From: Takakia lepidozioides
Taxonomy: Eukaryota; Plantae; Bryophyta
Reading direction: 5' to 3'
DNA length: 64,000 nt
NCBI GenBank assembly: GCA_030704615.1
Contig: CM060731.1
Location: 43,090,001 to 43,154,000 of the forward strand
Shown one piece after another: positions 35,584 to 49,924 of the stretch (position 1 is its first letter; each line of letters opens with the position of its first letter). Below the pieces are notes generated by a model. It was given only the letters and a program-made list of their open reading frames with translations, was not told the DNA's origin and did no database searches. A program made the translations under genes and the position numbers.

Positions 35584-37319
35584 CGTCTCTGCAGAATCCA
35601 GGGTTGCAAAGACAATAACGAGAAGAGGGAAAAAAGAGGACTATGGGAGGTTCATCGCAAGGCCTTCAACGCCAAGATGTTCGCTCGCAACGTTCAGTGC
35701 GCCACTGACTCATTCCACATGCATGGCGAACACGTGTCCATCTAATCGTTAAGGTTCACGATTTTGAGTATGAGACAGATTCCATAACCGCATTGACTTG
35801 TTTCATGGATATTTTGTGGAAAATGTGATGGCAACATTTTTATGAAGATATGATGGAGACCTTGTATGTAATTGCTCTGCCAGATCGATGGAGTTCACGC
35901 CATGGCAATGCCCGATCTCGTGACAATCAGTTGTGGGGAGCAGAGGCGGGAAGCAAGAAGCATGAAGCGCGTGGATGAATGCATGGAAGTGACAGGTAGA
36001 AAGTGGATGGAATGTTCTGGATGATAACGTATAACATTCATCCAAACTGCGCAATCAGGTGCGCAATATTGGGAACATTGTTGCGAACTGCGCATTATTA
36101 GGACCATTTACCATACCAATGCGTTTATGATCAGGTAGGGCTATACAAACCACCGTGGTCTGCATATTCTTTGTCCAAACTCCTCCCTGTGAGCATCTCA
36201 TTTCTGACAGCAGGAAGTTACCCTTAGGATGCAGAGTTCGTCAAAAGCTCGTTTGATCATATGAAAGAGTATGCCTCCCCGTTACGCTGCCACGTACATC
36301 ATCATAATATGATGTGTTACTGGCTTACTTGGGGCAAAAAGTAAGTCAGTATGTTGCCCTATAATCATAACATGATATGTTACAGATTAAACAAGGGCGA
36401 CTTGCATAAATCATCATTGTTTCACACCACTAGTGCTAGCATGATGCCACAGAGGGCTTCACCTACCAGTTTCAGTGGTCCAGGGGTCGAAACCCAATGG
36501 TTTAAGTGGTATTCAGATGGCCCAGGGATTACACTCAAGGAACACAAAATATAGTGAACAATTGTAGAGGATCATATCAGATATTTATCTGGCTTTAGAT
36601 TAAATAAAATTTAACTGGTCCAAGGATCAAACTTCCAAGAGACCAAAATTAGGGGCAATGAGAAAAATAATTGGATAAAGAGTACCCCTTGTTATCCTGA
36701 TTAAACTTTATGTTTTTCAAAACATTTTTGTAATCATGAATCCCTGTTCACTGTTTAAATCCACTTGGATTTGGATACAAGGAAAATATGGGAAGTTCCT
36801 ACATGTTATTTTCTTTAAAATAAAGAAAAAATTGGAAATTACAATAACAAGATTGAAGAGAGGGAGGGGGCAACAAAGAAAAAACAAAAAGCCGGGGGGG
36901 GGGGGGGGGTGGGGGGGGGAAAGTGACTGAGCAGTCTTTCCCACCCAATCACGAGTGAAAGCTTCCGATTCCGTCTGCAAGAAACTCCTCCCCATTTGTT
37001 GTCTTTTCGAGTTTTCAGTGCACCCGGATCCATCAGATTGGCATCTATGCGAGCAGTTTCTGTGGAGAATTACCACACGCTCGGAGGCAGACGGTTCAAC
37101 AAGTAAGCGAAGAAGGAGACGAAGTGGGCCGGAGCGGATCCGGGTCTGAACGTCTCATTTTGATTGGGAACAGAGAACATGTTCCCATCCTAAACCATTT
37201 TGTCTGTCAATTAGGTCTATGTCAAACCCCCTCAGGTCATGATGGGGAGCTTCCCTGTAGAAGAGATGTTGGGAGAAGAGAAGTCTGCAAGGGAAGAGGG
37301 AGAGAAGAGGGGAGGAGGG

Positions 37320-37499
37320 ATGGCAGCAGGGCCAGAGAGCGAGACCTACCGCAGGCCAATGTGAAGAGAATTGTGAAAGGGAATCTTGCGGAGCTCGCCC
37401 ATGCGCACTGGGAGGAGAGAAGGATATTCCTGTGATTAAGGATGCTCTTCTTGCCTTCTCTGAAAGTGCCAAGATCTTCATCCACTTTCTTTCCGCAAC
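37320..37499 (+). pseudogene. DPB4/POLE3 (NF-YB11-like) histone-fold exon 1 fragment
   Basis: DLPQANVKRIVK..KDALLAFSESAKIFIHFLSAT then a GT donor at 37500; two frameshifts; no downstream exon. Confidence 0.8.
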
Positions 37500-38922
37500 G
37501 TACGTCTCTCTGTTTTGTAAAAGATATCTTCCCGCTCATTTTCTGACTCGCATTGTGTCCTGCCCACAATCTCTACTGTGGCTGTGTTTTTCTGTTTATT
37601 TGACCGTCTTCCATTAGAAATTCAGTTCATCCTCACCAAAAGGCCCAATGGTGGGGCTGTAGGTCGAAGGGAGGTGATGAGCAAAACACGGAAGGCATGC
37701 AAGAAACAGACAAAGCACGTAGGGTTTGTGGGGCTCAAGGATGCAATGAAGTCGCGACTTTTCATTAAGGAGAAGCAGATGAAATCGCCAATTTTTCATT
37801 CAAACATGGATTGAGTACCAGATGAATGACGGGTTGGCAGAGGGATGAAATGTGAGATCAAGTTATCATTGATGGGATGAAATCGCGGAAATAAAGGAGA
37901 TGCAGCAGTAATTTAGGAACAGGGTGGCCATATTAAATATTAGCAAGTGGCATGCAGCTAAAAGAGTGGTTGAGAAACAAAACACGTGGGAATCGTATGT
38001 TTTTAGAAGTTGATGGGCCTGTGGCACAGAGGGGGATAAGACCCGGTGGCCGCCATACTTGATGTCCAAAAGCTGTAGGATCTTAAATATTGTTGACTTG
38101 CTATTTAATAATCACGTGAAGGAGATGGCGGGATAAGGTGGAGTTAGGGATCAGCCCAAGTATAAGAGTAGTGGAGACTGGATGGTGATCTCTCTCTTTT
38201 TGTTCTAGTTTTCGGCTCTGAAGTGAAGACTGCGTTGATTGTGATAAAGTATGGGGCATGTGAATCATGTGAGATTTGAAGTAGGAATGGTCATGTTTAG
38301 CTAGCATCATAAGGGGTGATAAGGATCATTGAGCTTAGGATCCAGCGTGCAAGTTGTATCCACGTAGAATGAAGCTTGAGCGATTCCACTAACATGCCGG
38401 GAAGATTAGAAGTAGAGGTTGATCACACCTAGTAGAGAGCAGTCCGTCCACCAGATTGTCTGCACACCCATGTAAGATCGACTTGTTAGCATGGAAGCAA
38501 AGCAGGATATCACCTGAAGTATGAAGTAAGCAGCTCTGTAGTGTCATATGCGAGCGGTGCACGATACCAAATACAAAGGCAGAAGAAGATGAAGAGGACG
38601 ATCAAAGGAAGGCCACCACCTACCTGGGACGATAGTTAAGAAAAATAGTTAGCATGCTACTTCAAAACAAGAAGTCAAATAATCCATTTAGACCAGGTTT
38701 TCTCTTCCGCTGTAGTCTGGTATAGATGGAGTACTAATGGGTTGTACAGGTATGGATTTAGGACTTTCTTTTTACTTACAGGGAATTGAAGTCACCCAAT
38801 AAGACCACCTCACCTTTGACAAGGAACTTAGCACAGTTCAGCTGGCAATTTGATTGAGAGTAGGAGTCTATGTTCAATCACCACTTCTACTTTCCATATT
38901 GACATGTGTAAGCAACTGCAAG

Positions 38923-39818
38923 ATGATGGCGGCCATGCGGGAGATTTCAGTGCGCTTTCATGCTTTGGGTTTGCGAAGATTGGTGCCATCTAGGTTGTTC
39001 AGCTCCGAGGATGTACCATTCGAGCCTCTGTACAAGAAGGTTCAGGAACTCGCTGTTGAGGTCTCAGAGCTGAAGATTAAGGCGGATTTGAGGGCTGCTG
39101 AGGTCTCAGAGCTGAAGATTGAATTGAAGAAGGCTGATTTGAGGGCTGCTGAGATGAAGATTGAATTGAAGAGGACGGTGGCTTGGGTGGATAGGATGTT
39201 GCCGGTTTATTCTACGCCATGGGTGAGTGCGCCGCAACAATTGAAATTTATTGAAGTTTTTGCTATGTCTAATTTTAAACTCCACTTGTATTAATATTTA
39301 CGAATTGTGTTTCCAAATGCCCAGAGCATTGGGCAGAGAAATCGGTGGCAAGTGGGCGAATATCAGACCACGGATCCGCTACAGCCAATATCCGTGAGCT
39401 CACTGTGGGCGATCAGGAGTTCATGAGGACCCTTAGAATTGCGTTAAAAATAAGACGGGTTCCTGAGCACCAGCGGCATCAAATATTCAGAGAGCTTCGT
39501 GATGTGTACAAGCTACTCTCGTACGACATCCACTACCAGTATGATGAGTCCATAGTGGTAGATGTACACCTGGGGTCACCTTTCACCTTTCACCAAGCCT
39601 TCGTGGTCTGCGCGATTTTTGACCGCGCAAAGATCAGATACCAGTTCTACTCCGAGAAGGGAGAGCCAACTGCGTCTCCCACTGAGTGAGTCAACATTTT
39701 ATTTGCTTCTATACATATTTGCACAATCTTGATATGTGATTGTGATTATTTTGCAGAAGATGATGGTCGTGGTGCGGACTTATGGTCGAAATTTCCAGTG
39801 GATGTGCAAACTGAATGA
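38923..39818 (+). CDS. Uncharacterised spliced gene, coiled-coil repeat N-terminus
   Basis: ORFs 38854-39294 and 39345-39689 with GTGAGT donors (~39223, ~39686); duplicated ELKIELKKADLRAAE. Splice phase is uncertain. Confidence 0.4.
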
Positions 39819-42789
39819 GAGAACGAAAGGAGAACAAGAGCAAGAGGAGATGTTGAAGAATATTTCTAACACTTATTGTTGTTTCTAAGTTATGTGTTTT
39901 GGTATTTTATATGTATTAGTACTTGAAGGGCGCAGGACCTGTTTCATTTTGTGGTTATGTCAGAAATTTTGTACAGAACTGCTTTGTTTCAGCCAAGATA
40001 GTCTGAGAATATAGTGTAGATTCATGTCTGAATTCTTGAAACTAAATATTTTTGACATGACTGGTTTGATGCAACGCAAATTATTTGAGTATGTATTGCG
40101 AAATCATGTTTGAATATATTTGAGTAGTCCACTTTGTCCCCTGAAATGGGGGACTTTTGGTGAAGAGTGGAGTGGTCTGGAATGTGTAAAGCATAATTTT
40201 TGAATGACGGTTTTAGTAACGCACTTGATCCCACAGTTGCAGAGTGGAAAGTAGACAAATGCCAGACTAGTAGATGTGAAATAGGTAAATAGAGTGGAGA
40301 GGTTGGGGGGAGTGTATGAACAAGTGAGGGCACTGAAACAGGAGCTGAGGGAACTGACCCCAGTAGGGGGGGGGGGAGGGGTGTAATTCCCATAGTAGGT
40401 ACTTTGCACATATGTGTGAGACCAGCAAGCTCCTGCCATCACATCAAGCCGTTGGCTCCTTTTGTGTCCCGGTACTTGCTGCACAACGGAATATGGATTG
40501 CATGTACATTGTACGGCCCCAGCAAAAAGCCAGCAGGCTTTCGCAAGCACTGCTCTGGTCCATGTATGCTGCCTGGTAGTGGAGTGATTTGTCCATTGGG
40601 GTGCACAGCAGGGGAGAAATGTATATAACAGAGATTGATGTTGGAGATACATGGCTGCATCCGGCCTATGTGCCCTGGCATCTGGTCCACATTGTAATTG
40701 GGGCAGGTTGGTCAAGCCCATGAGGAGACAGAGAACTGGAAGTGGAGATGCAAGTTACTCAGCAAGGGGGCTGGGGGTTGGAAGCATGTCGAACTACTAG
40801 ACATGCTGCACAGGACCAGCAAAAATCCAGCAAGCCTCCTCAAGCACTCCTGTGGTCCATCTGTGCGGAAGGGGAACGTGTAGGTAACCTGATTTCTTGT
40901 AGCCTCTCCCCAGGGTAGGAACTATACTAGTTTTAGCGCCTATCATCGCTGGTTCCAATACCCTTCCATAATCAGTATCCGATGCAATTTGTTGGACAGT
41001 GATAGAGAATATATCTCAAAAACTTTCAAATCAAACTTTGAAACAACCCTCCGGCCTCGTTCAAGACAGAGTAATGTAGATGCGATCTTCTAGCTCAGAT
41101 TGCTCTCGTCTCATCCCAAACCAAAAAAAAGCTTCTAATTTGCTGATCTCAGAGGTACAGTACTGCCAGTACTGGGTATTGTAATCTTCGAGCCCTTCTT
41201 CCAGCTCCTTTTCATCCTGCACAACCAAGGGTCACTAATTTGCTGATGATGTGGTAGCCAACCGCAGCTCTCTAGCAGCCGAGATAGAGAGCAACACATG
41301 CCCTATATGTTTTGAGCTCATGAAATCCCCCGACTACTCACCCATGCTCCTTTCTCCCTGCGGCCATACATTCTGTGCCAAGGTCTTTTCTGACACCATT
41401 ACCTTTGCACAGTGAACCATTGTCTTACCTACATGTCGTGAGAAGTTTTGTATTTCTAAATTAGGTCTGCTATGGTCGTTTCTGGCAGGTTGGTGATTAG
41501 CGAACAACTCCATGATCTTGCTAAGTCTGTTTTTAAATTTCTTTTCCAGATGTTGCAATGTCAACTTCCTTTCAGTTCCTGTCTCGAGCCTCTGTTGGCA
41601 GAACAGATAACTTAGCCATATATTAAAGTCAGCTCTCTCACATGCACCCCTTTATCTTCTAGGAGGGACAGAAGAATGTACCCATAAGACGTTGCTTGCC
41701 GGAGCCTTGTGGCCATAGACCCTGGGCCCGGAGGCGAGAGAAAGAGGGGACTGATATCTTGTGTCACAGTGTGTGGCTGTGCATACAGCAGTTCATCGAA
41801 AGAAGGCGCGCATTGAAGGGGGCCCTGTTGGTCCACCCCCCGGTCCGTATTGCCGTCAAAAAGATCTTGTCCCAGACTTTGAATATTTCCTTGCAGAGAA
41901 TGATCACCAATATCCTGTCCTTACAAAAGACGTTGCAGCAAGCAGACGTGGAGAGGGTTGGGTTCTCAGAGAGGCACTCTCAAGCTCAGATACGGTGCCA
42001 GATATTGCATGACGGAAGGCAGGAAACTAGCAAAACCAAGCAAGTAAGATCCAATTACACCTTCATAAGAATGTACTAGCCATCATCTAACCTACTCTCT
42101 CTCTATCTTCAGTGGCCTCCTCAATATGTGACTTGCAATGTGTCATACAGACTGGGTTACATAAGTAGCGCTGGAATCGATGTAATAATTCTAGTTAATG
42201 CCAGCCCCTACATCCGCACTCACTCCCTGTGTCGTGGTGTTTTTCAAGCAATGAGATTTAGGATCTATACCTGTTAGATGGAAACCCCATGACCAGATCT
42301 GAAAGGTTTAGCAATGGGAAGGCACTATACCTCAATGTTATATGACATTGGCAAATTCACGAGGAACAACCATAAGAATTTCCGTTGCTGCTGTCAATGG
42401 TTTGTGTTTTGTCAACACATCCTGGCCTTGAACCAACAGTGAGGTCGGCATTTCAGTTTCTAGGAGAGCTACTCACTTTTCCCTTTCCTCCTCCCTTTTC
42501 CATGACAGTGTGATTGGCAGTCCAGCAACAGTTGTTTGTTACGTGTGTCATGCGCAAATGGCTACATTACAGTGCTGAAATAAGTTCCACTAAACTAATG
42601 TCAATGCCAGCCTTTGGAATCAACACTCAATCACCCATGATTGGCATAACTGAGCAGTGTCTCCTTTCGTATCAGGGTGGGGGACAACCATGTAAATGGC
42701 TAAGAGCATCTACAGGGCCATGCTTGAAGCATACATCACATCAAATGTTCACTGCTAACAATCAAAGAGTACATCATGGCTCCTTTTAG

Positions 42790-43730
42790 TTTGAAATATT
42801 TGGATGCCTATGATTGGTTGATGCAGAGACTGGAAGGGGAGCTGGCAGCAACTAACCGCATACTGGAGAAGTCGCAATTGAAGCAAAAAGATGCTCAAGA
42901 GAGGCTTCAAATGGTAATACTTGCCTGCAAAATGAGGATTGTTAGGGCTATGAGCTTTCAAAGAGGAGGTATGGGTTAACCCAAAGTCAGGTCTGTTTGA
43001 GCATGTCATGGTATAGCAGTTTACAGTTGCCAACAAGTCAACTATACATAAACTTTGACCAAGTCCCATGATTTTAGTTCCAAAGAGTTTTGTCATGGGG
43101 GTGCAGCCAAGTTGTTAGAAGTGGCAAAGGTCCATGTAAGTTTGGATATTCCTGTCTCCTATTTTTGATGTGTTGGAATGGGGTGGCCATGGAGTGAAGT
43201 GGCTCTTAGTTACACTGGTTTTGGCCAGAGTCTTCTTTCTCTATGATCGGAAAGGGACTAACATTGTGGTGGTGGCAGTTGAAGTTGGAGCATCAAATGG
43301 TGGTGTCTGAAGTGCATGACACAGAAAGTAAACTAGCTATGCTGCAAAGGGCTCACGCAGAAACTATTGCCAAAAGTAATCTCATCCAAGCTTCTCTATT
43401 TGCTCTGGAAGGGGTACAATCCATCTCTTCATGGACTTGTCAGCATTGCTGCATTTCGTTCAACTATATCCAATCAATGAATGTGTTATTTAGATCAGAA
43501 TTGTCAGACTTGGTCATTTCTCAAGGTGGTCCCTCGTCATGAAATTTGTGTGCCACTGTTCGTAGCTTGATCACACATCTAAAGGTCCCAATCATGAGCC
43601 ACAAGTATGACAAATCATGGTATTTTGATTAGCTCCATTAATGAACTGTGGCAGGAGCGTGACAAGTTGAGATTGCTGTCGCAAGATTGGGTTGGCATTG
43701 GAGATGACTGTCATTCAGCTTAGTACTAAG
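42790..43730 (+). pseudogene. Exon fragments of a coiled-coil protein
   Basis: Three AG..GT-bounded coiled-coil-like exons (~42790-42913, 43279-43413, 43635-43730). Confidence 0.35.
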
Positions 43731-44689
43731 GTGCTCAAGCTTATGAGTTGAGAGCAGTCTTCATGGAATGCACAGTAAGGCATCCATTTGGTGGGTGTTG
43801 TGCAAATCCTCGAGGAGGCGCGTCCTAGATCCCTAGCAATCCTTGGGGTCTGGGTTGTAAGTGCCTGGCAGTGCCGTGAATCGGTGTCCCTTGCTGCTCA
43901 CTGTCCTTGTGCCCAGCCACACGTGCCATGGGTCCATTTATGTAGTACCAGCAGGGGGAGGGGAGGGGAGGGGAGAAGCAATGCGAGATGGAGAGACGCC
44001 ACAACTTAGTTGCAAATAGCCTGCACCCCCTGTCATGTACTTTGCTGGTCCAGAATTGATGCTTGAGTGAGTGCGAGTCATTTGGGGGTGCTCATTCGTA
44101 GTAGGCAGAGAGAGAGTGCTACTGTAAGGTAGGGGTTGATGCATGCTGCTGTCCTTCGCGGGTCTTCTTGTACTGCAAGGCAGTGAAGTTGATGTGAGTC
44201 TGTGGCTCGTGAGTACATTTTGTAGGTGTCGCAATCAACGACCAAGCTCTTGTATGCCTTGCTCTGCTCCTCTTGTGCTGAATGTTGGTGAAGTGAAGCT
44301 GTGGTTCCGATATGGTAGATGTGTTGTGCAAGTCCAGCAACCATCCACGAAGCTTTCGATTGCAGGCCGCCTGTCCATAAACCATCCAAAGAACTGGAGT
44401 AAGAAGCGCATAACACTACGGTGTATTAAGGAAGGAGGCCTGGCTTGCAAGCAGAGGCCAGAGCCCATGCAAGAAGAAAATTTATTGGCGACCAGCAGAT
44501 GCTGCACATTGTGGAGGAGATAGGTGCAGCAGGTGTCTTCTTCCCTGGGACGACGGGAGTGACACCTGGGCTGCAGGTGAGGGAGAGATGAGAGATTCTG
44601 GGTTGCACTGCGATTTGAAGCAGGTTGGGGGAGAGAGGAGGCGGGGTGGGACAGTAGGAGGAGTGAGGGGAAAAGGTGGAGGCGGGGGT

Positions 44690-45189
44690 TGCACTTTGCG
44701 AGCATGTGCAGCAGCAGGGGTTGCAGGGGCATATGTTCTTGGACATAACCTTAAATTTTAAATTCTAGGACTATCCGCTCTATCGGATTATACTCTAGCA
44801 GTCTTCGTACTTCCATTTACTTCTCTCAGGCCCCTGGACAGAGTACAGAAAGCTGCAAATCGAACTGCAGATTGATGACCCTTCTGTGAGCGCGGAGGGG
44901 CTGGAGATTGCCTTCTCCTACATGTATGGTATGAGCCCAGTTTTCACTGGAGATAATGTGATGGCAGCACTGGTCGCAGGGTGTTTTTGTTGGATGGAGT
45001 TTTGTGACAAGTGTGTGCGGTGCATTGTAGCCAACTTGAGGGTGGACACTTTTGTTGCTTACCAGCAGCTGTCCGAGCGGCATCGCTATGGCTGGTTTGC
45101 CGACCTGATAAGAAATGTTTGTTGGACATTTATTTGCCCGCATGCATCGCGTGAGGTCGTTCATCTCCTTCCAAAGCTTTCTTTGCAGG
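44690..45189 (+). pseudogene. BTB/POZ protein (germ cell-less/BTBD16-like)
   Basis: F.DITL..YPLYRIIL*QSSYF..LLSGPW.E..IDDPSVSAEGLEIAFSYMYG; stop and frameshifts; GT donor at ~45189. Confidence 0.75.
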
Positions 45190-46429
45190 TGCTTCCCACC
45201 ACTCCACTTCCCTCTTTACACCCCGCCATTCCACCTGATTTAGTAATCCCATCAGCCCCAAGTGTGGCATCAATATGGTTGGGGCAATCAGCGGGTGTGC
45301 ATGTGCATAGCCCTATCCAGGAAGGTCTTTCCATTGCAGTGAGGGTCAAGTTCGGTGGAATTTAGGGGTTGTATGTGTTGCTCTTGCACATGACTCTGAG
45401 TCTGTCATTCAGAATTCTCGGGTGATGTTGAATCTGAGAAGGAAAGAGGTGAACAAGCCTGAGACTCATGACGTGTTCATCTGGAGAGGAATAATTCACA
45501 CTGTGCCTTCTAAACTTGGCGAATATGAGGATTCGTTGGGTGCATATAGTCGGTTGGTCTTAATTACATCAATTGTGCGTGGAAGTGACATGGAATCTAC
45601 TGGGGTTATGGAGGAGAATTCTAACGTGCTTGGCACTTGGATGGCACTTACTTCGGGAACCCATGTATGTCCAGATCTCACCCGGATAATCATTGCTACT
45701 GAAGTCTTGAGTGGAGAATCATTTTGTCTGAGCTATAGTGATGTGTACAGATATGTGTCAGTACAGTATCTCCAAAATAAAAAATTCTTAGGTCACGGGA
45801 TATGAAATCCCCAGACGTAATTTCCATGTGGATGAAACATTTATGTTCTGGAAATTGGTGGTGAGGATTGGATTTGACGCCCACCAGTTTGCAACCATGG
45901 GGTCTGGGACACAAGGAACATGCACTCATTTTGGCACAAAGATTGTCAGGCAGCACTTTTAATGAGGGAATTCTATGATCATACTCTGAAGTGTGAGAGA
46001 AGTCAAGAATTTCTGAGGTGATGATGATCTGAGTTGTAGCTACAGCAACGAGTCAACGAATTTGCAGATTACTTCATTACCTACACAGGCAATGGTTTGT
46101 CTCTCCCTCTTAGTCATCATGGTTGCCACCTGTGAGAGAGATGATTAGTCACAACCCTTGTTACTTCCAGCTAGTGAAGCTGGTTTGGCACCTTACTAGG
46201 TGGACAACGCGTATAGAGACCACAGGATAAAAGGTGCATTGGCAGGGTTTTATGTGTGTCGGTGGGGGGTTGGATTTGCCAGACAGACAGGTAGGTACTA
46301 AGAGGGACTGCTGTTGTGTGGCTGCTCTAGCTTGTTTGGGGAAATAGTCCTTGTGTAGGTGTTATGCAGGCTGTTGAAATCAGATGAACTGTAGGTTCTC
46401 AGTGAATCATAGTGCAGACTGGAAGTTGG

Positions 46430-46710
46430 CACGTGTGAAACCCACTGATTTTGTTTCAGAATGCCCAGGTGGAAAAGGTGAAAGGTCAACACTCACTCCA
46501 ACGGAAAGGCTGCGTGGAATCTGACAGTCATGAGCAACAGCAACAAGAGAAACACAATGAAGGCTGATAGCTGGGAAACCCGGATCAATAATTGTTTATT
46601 CAAAGGTAAGTCTTACTAAGGGCATCAGCCTCTGACAAAGGTAGGTTCTGTCCCTTTGTGTTCCGCTCACACCGGGCGCGGGTCAATGGCCACAAGGCTA
46701 CAACAAACAA
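46430..46710 (+). mobile_element. LINE 3' end fragment
   Basis: Shares AAGGTAAGTCTTACTA..GGTAGG.TCTGTCCCTTT with 49084-49140; ends GTCAATGGCCAC..(ACA)n-like tail. Confidence 0.55.
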
Positions 46711-47639
46711 CGTCTTATGAGTACATTCTCTATCTATGTCCCGTGCTGATACTGGAAGGCTATAGCAGCAGTGGCCTAATGATTGTCATACTCTGCACGA
46801 TCGATGCTATCTAGTATTAATAATACTCCTTTCCCTTCGAACCTGCTTGCTGGCTGTGATATCACTGGCTCAACCCCCCCAACCAGGTATGTCATATCAA
46901 ACGTTTGCAGGAACGATGAGGATACAGAGGCGGTCATAGCAAGGAGATGTGAAAACAGACGTGCAGGACATCGACATTGGGGTTGAATAAACGAACAGAA
47001 GAAACGACAGGCAGTGAACAAGTGACACACACAAACGCCACTGAATAGATGAAGATCAGGGATTGTGAAAGTACAGAAAGATCAGGGAGCTGCAATTTGC
47101 ACTCGAGGAACTCAACTACCAACACCTAATCCCCATTGAAGCAACGAAGCAACCTATATCTAGACAGAGCAAATGACACTGGTAACGGTAAGAGTAGAGA
47201 GACAATGGCATACGTTTGACCAGCCAAAACCAAAGAGAGAGAACGCTGACAGGGGCCTATGAATGGCAGTATCGAATTTGACCTCGGCTTCAGACTCAAG
47301 CTACTGAGTCTTCTTGTTCCGGAAATTTTCCTTTGCCATCCAGTATTCCTCATGATCCCTGCAAAGACAACACTGATGGGTCTCAGTTTGTTCTTCACAA
47401 CATGAGCCCATGTTTTTGAAAAGAGAGACAAAGAAACAATTCTCGAAACAGTCTACAATGAAAACTTCTCGAGAACATGTTCCCATGAGTGGAACAGAGA
47501 AAGGGAAAGGAGGAAAGGGAAGTGGCAAGAAAGGGTCAGCAAACTTGTCTATGTTCTCGAGAGCCTGCAATCGAAGGTGAGGAGGTCTTTGTTAGTGTAC
47601 TTGTTCTGAGCAAGGCAGCCGAAGATGGCGTTCTCGTCG

Positions 47640-48110
47640 TGTATACATGTCTTGAATCTATAGTATGGCAGGCTGTTCTTACCTACCCAAGAGGCCTTGC
47701 ATGCTGCATGTCTTGGGATACTTACAAATGGCAAAGAGTGAAGCTGCAATATGTTTTGTCGTGCCCAAGAAGTTTACTTGGTTACATGCTTGAAATCTGA
47801 TTAATTGCAGGCTGGTCCTTCAAGGTACCTGTATGAACATATCCTAAATCTGTAGTAGAACAGGCTGTTCTTACCTACCCAAGGAGCTTTGCATGATGCA
47901 TGTCTTGGGGTACTTACAAATGGCAAAGAGTGAAGTTGCAATATGTTTTGTCATGCCCAAGAAGATTACTTGGTTGCATGTTTGAAATCTGATAAATTGT
48001 AGGCTGGTCCTTCAAGGTGCTTGTATAAACATACCTTGAATCTGTAGCAGGGCGCCGCTGTTCTTACCTACCCAAGGAGCCTTGCATGGTGCATGTCTTG
48101 GGCTACTTAC
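47640..48110. repeat. ~191-bp tandem repeat x2.4
   Basis: GCTGTTCTTACCTACCCAAG at ~47672, 47864, 48057. Confidence 0.9.
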
Positions 48111-48389
48111 AGGAATTTGAACATGCTGCAGCAATCTGATTTTTCAGTACACAAGATGCTTACTTATATGCTTGTCTTGTTGTCATGACCTGTACATAAA
48201 CAAACCCCGCCCTCCCACCCTGTTTTATCATGAATGATTGGGTGAAATCAATTGGGAAGTCATGACAAGAATGGAAGTGTTAGATGGTGCCCTGTTTATG
48301 GGTTGTTTATGTCTTTAATTGACAATGACCCTAGTGGGTCTTGTCCATGTCTTGACATGACATGAGTATCTTCCCTCTCTCTCCCTCTC

Positions 48390-49145
48390 TTTTAAGCTCC
48401 CGACGAGATGAGTTTAAGGTCAGATGGTGGAGTCAGCTGCAGCATATGTCCAACACCAGATATCCTAAGTTAATCGACTCTATATCTTGGAAACAGGACC
48501 GCCCACCGACCTGTCAAACACTGGCACTAGAAGACAGTAGAAGAGATTCTCAAGGACTCGAACCGCAAATCTTCACCCTGCTGGATAAATATGACTTAGA
48601 GGCTCTAGTGTCCAACCATGTCTGTTGCCATGAGATTGTGAAAATGAAGTTAGGCAAAAAACTTCCCTGAACTTGTTTCCAGTCTATGACATGGGGGAGG
48701 ACGTCTTGGATGACCTAAAGGGTCTACCCACTTTCGACACTAAACTGAAATTTAAACTCGGGGCGGGAAGCCTTCATTTGATAAGCAAACAGAAGCAAAG
48801 AGGAAAGGGAGAGTGCAATTGCCCGTTGTGTGGGCAACCTGAAGACATTATTCATTTTCTGATACACTGTCCGGGGTTCTCTCACCAAAGAGACGCTCTC
48901 TTCAAATCTATCAAGGGAATTGTGCATGTACCTCTGTTTACTAACTTTGAAAGTGTCGAGGCTGAGCCAAAAGCCCAGCCCCTTCTGAGGCCTAGTTTTT
49001 GGGCAATTCACATACAACAGATTGATGCTTGTGTGAAGGGATTTGTAGAGGATATATGGAAAACCTAGATTATTCTATATATGAAGGTAAGTCTTACTAC
49101 CAACGTCAGCCCCCGACAGAGGTAGGATCTGTCCCTTTTGTCTCC
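48390..49145 (+). mobile_element. LINE ORF2 3' fragment (CCHC zinc knuckle)
   Basis: KFKLGAGSL..CPLCGQPEDIIHFLIHC..IWKT. Confidence 0.75.
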
Positions 49146-49924
49146 CCAAGAGAGGGGGCAACAAAGAAAAAAAAAAAAACGGGGGGGGGTCACTCCCCCC
49201 ACCTTCTTTTCTTTTATTTGTTGCCCCTGATGTCTCCCTCTCACTCTCTCTCTCTCCCTCTCTCTCCCTCCCTCCTTGGAATTGGCCGGTTTTATCAGTT
49301 TTTTTCCTGTTTTTCCATCTATACCGGATGGAATCTAAACAGTGTTTTCACCCGCCCTATAACAATTTTTTATCCATACCGGATGAATTACCTGGGTGGA
49401 CACTACTCTAAACTGAGTCTATGATTTTTTCATTCCTCTTTTATTGACTTTCATCCATACCAGATGAGTGAGATTGAGGAATTACCTCTGTAGGGGTTGC
49501 CACTGGCATCCTATATTTAATTTTTTCCATGATGAAAAATACCGGGATATTAATTCGTTTATTCCTCTTTCATGGCTTTTTTCCGTACTGGATGAGGCAT
49601 TTTTTTTGGGATGTTGAATTACCTGTAAGGATGTGAAACCGTAGCCTTGGATATTATGTATTGTTTTTCCATCCTACTGACGAACCTTCTCCATCTGGAT
49701 GAACTTACTAACTTTTTCATCAGAACCGGATGAAATATGCAGCCTATGATGGCCCTGGACTGTTGTTTAATAATTAATTACGGCTAATTAAGGAATGAAA
49801 CCCTTACCCCTACCCTATAACCTACTGTTTAAACCTAGCTAACGGATGACATCCGTCGGGTTTCGAAAAAAGTAGTGTTGATTACTCATCCTGCACGGAT
49901 GAAAAATCGGGCATGGCCCTAGTG
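49146..49924. mobile_element. DNA-transposon-like end with subterminal CCGGATG(A) repeats
   Basis: Many ACC(G/A)GATG/TCATCC motifs, ending GGCCCTAGTG; start motif GGGGGCAACAAAGAAAAAA shared with ~36866. Superfamily not resolved. Confidence 0.4.

Noticed and set aside
35850-35930. Terpene-synthase-like N-terminal motif (PSIW...YIQGL) on minus strand
   Set aside because: Too short, contains a stop, no supporting exons.
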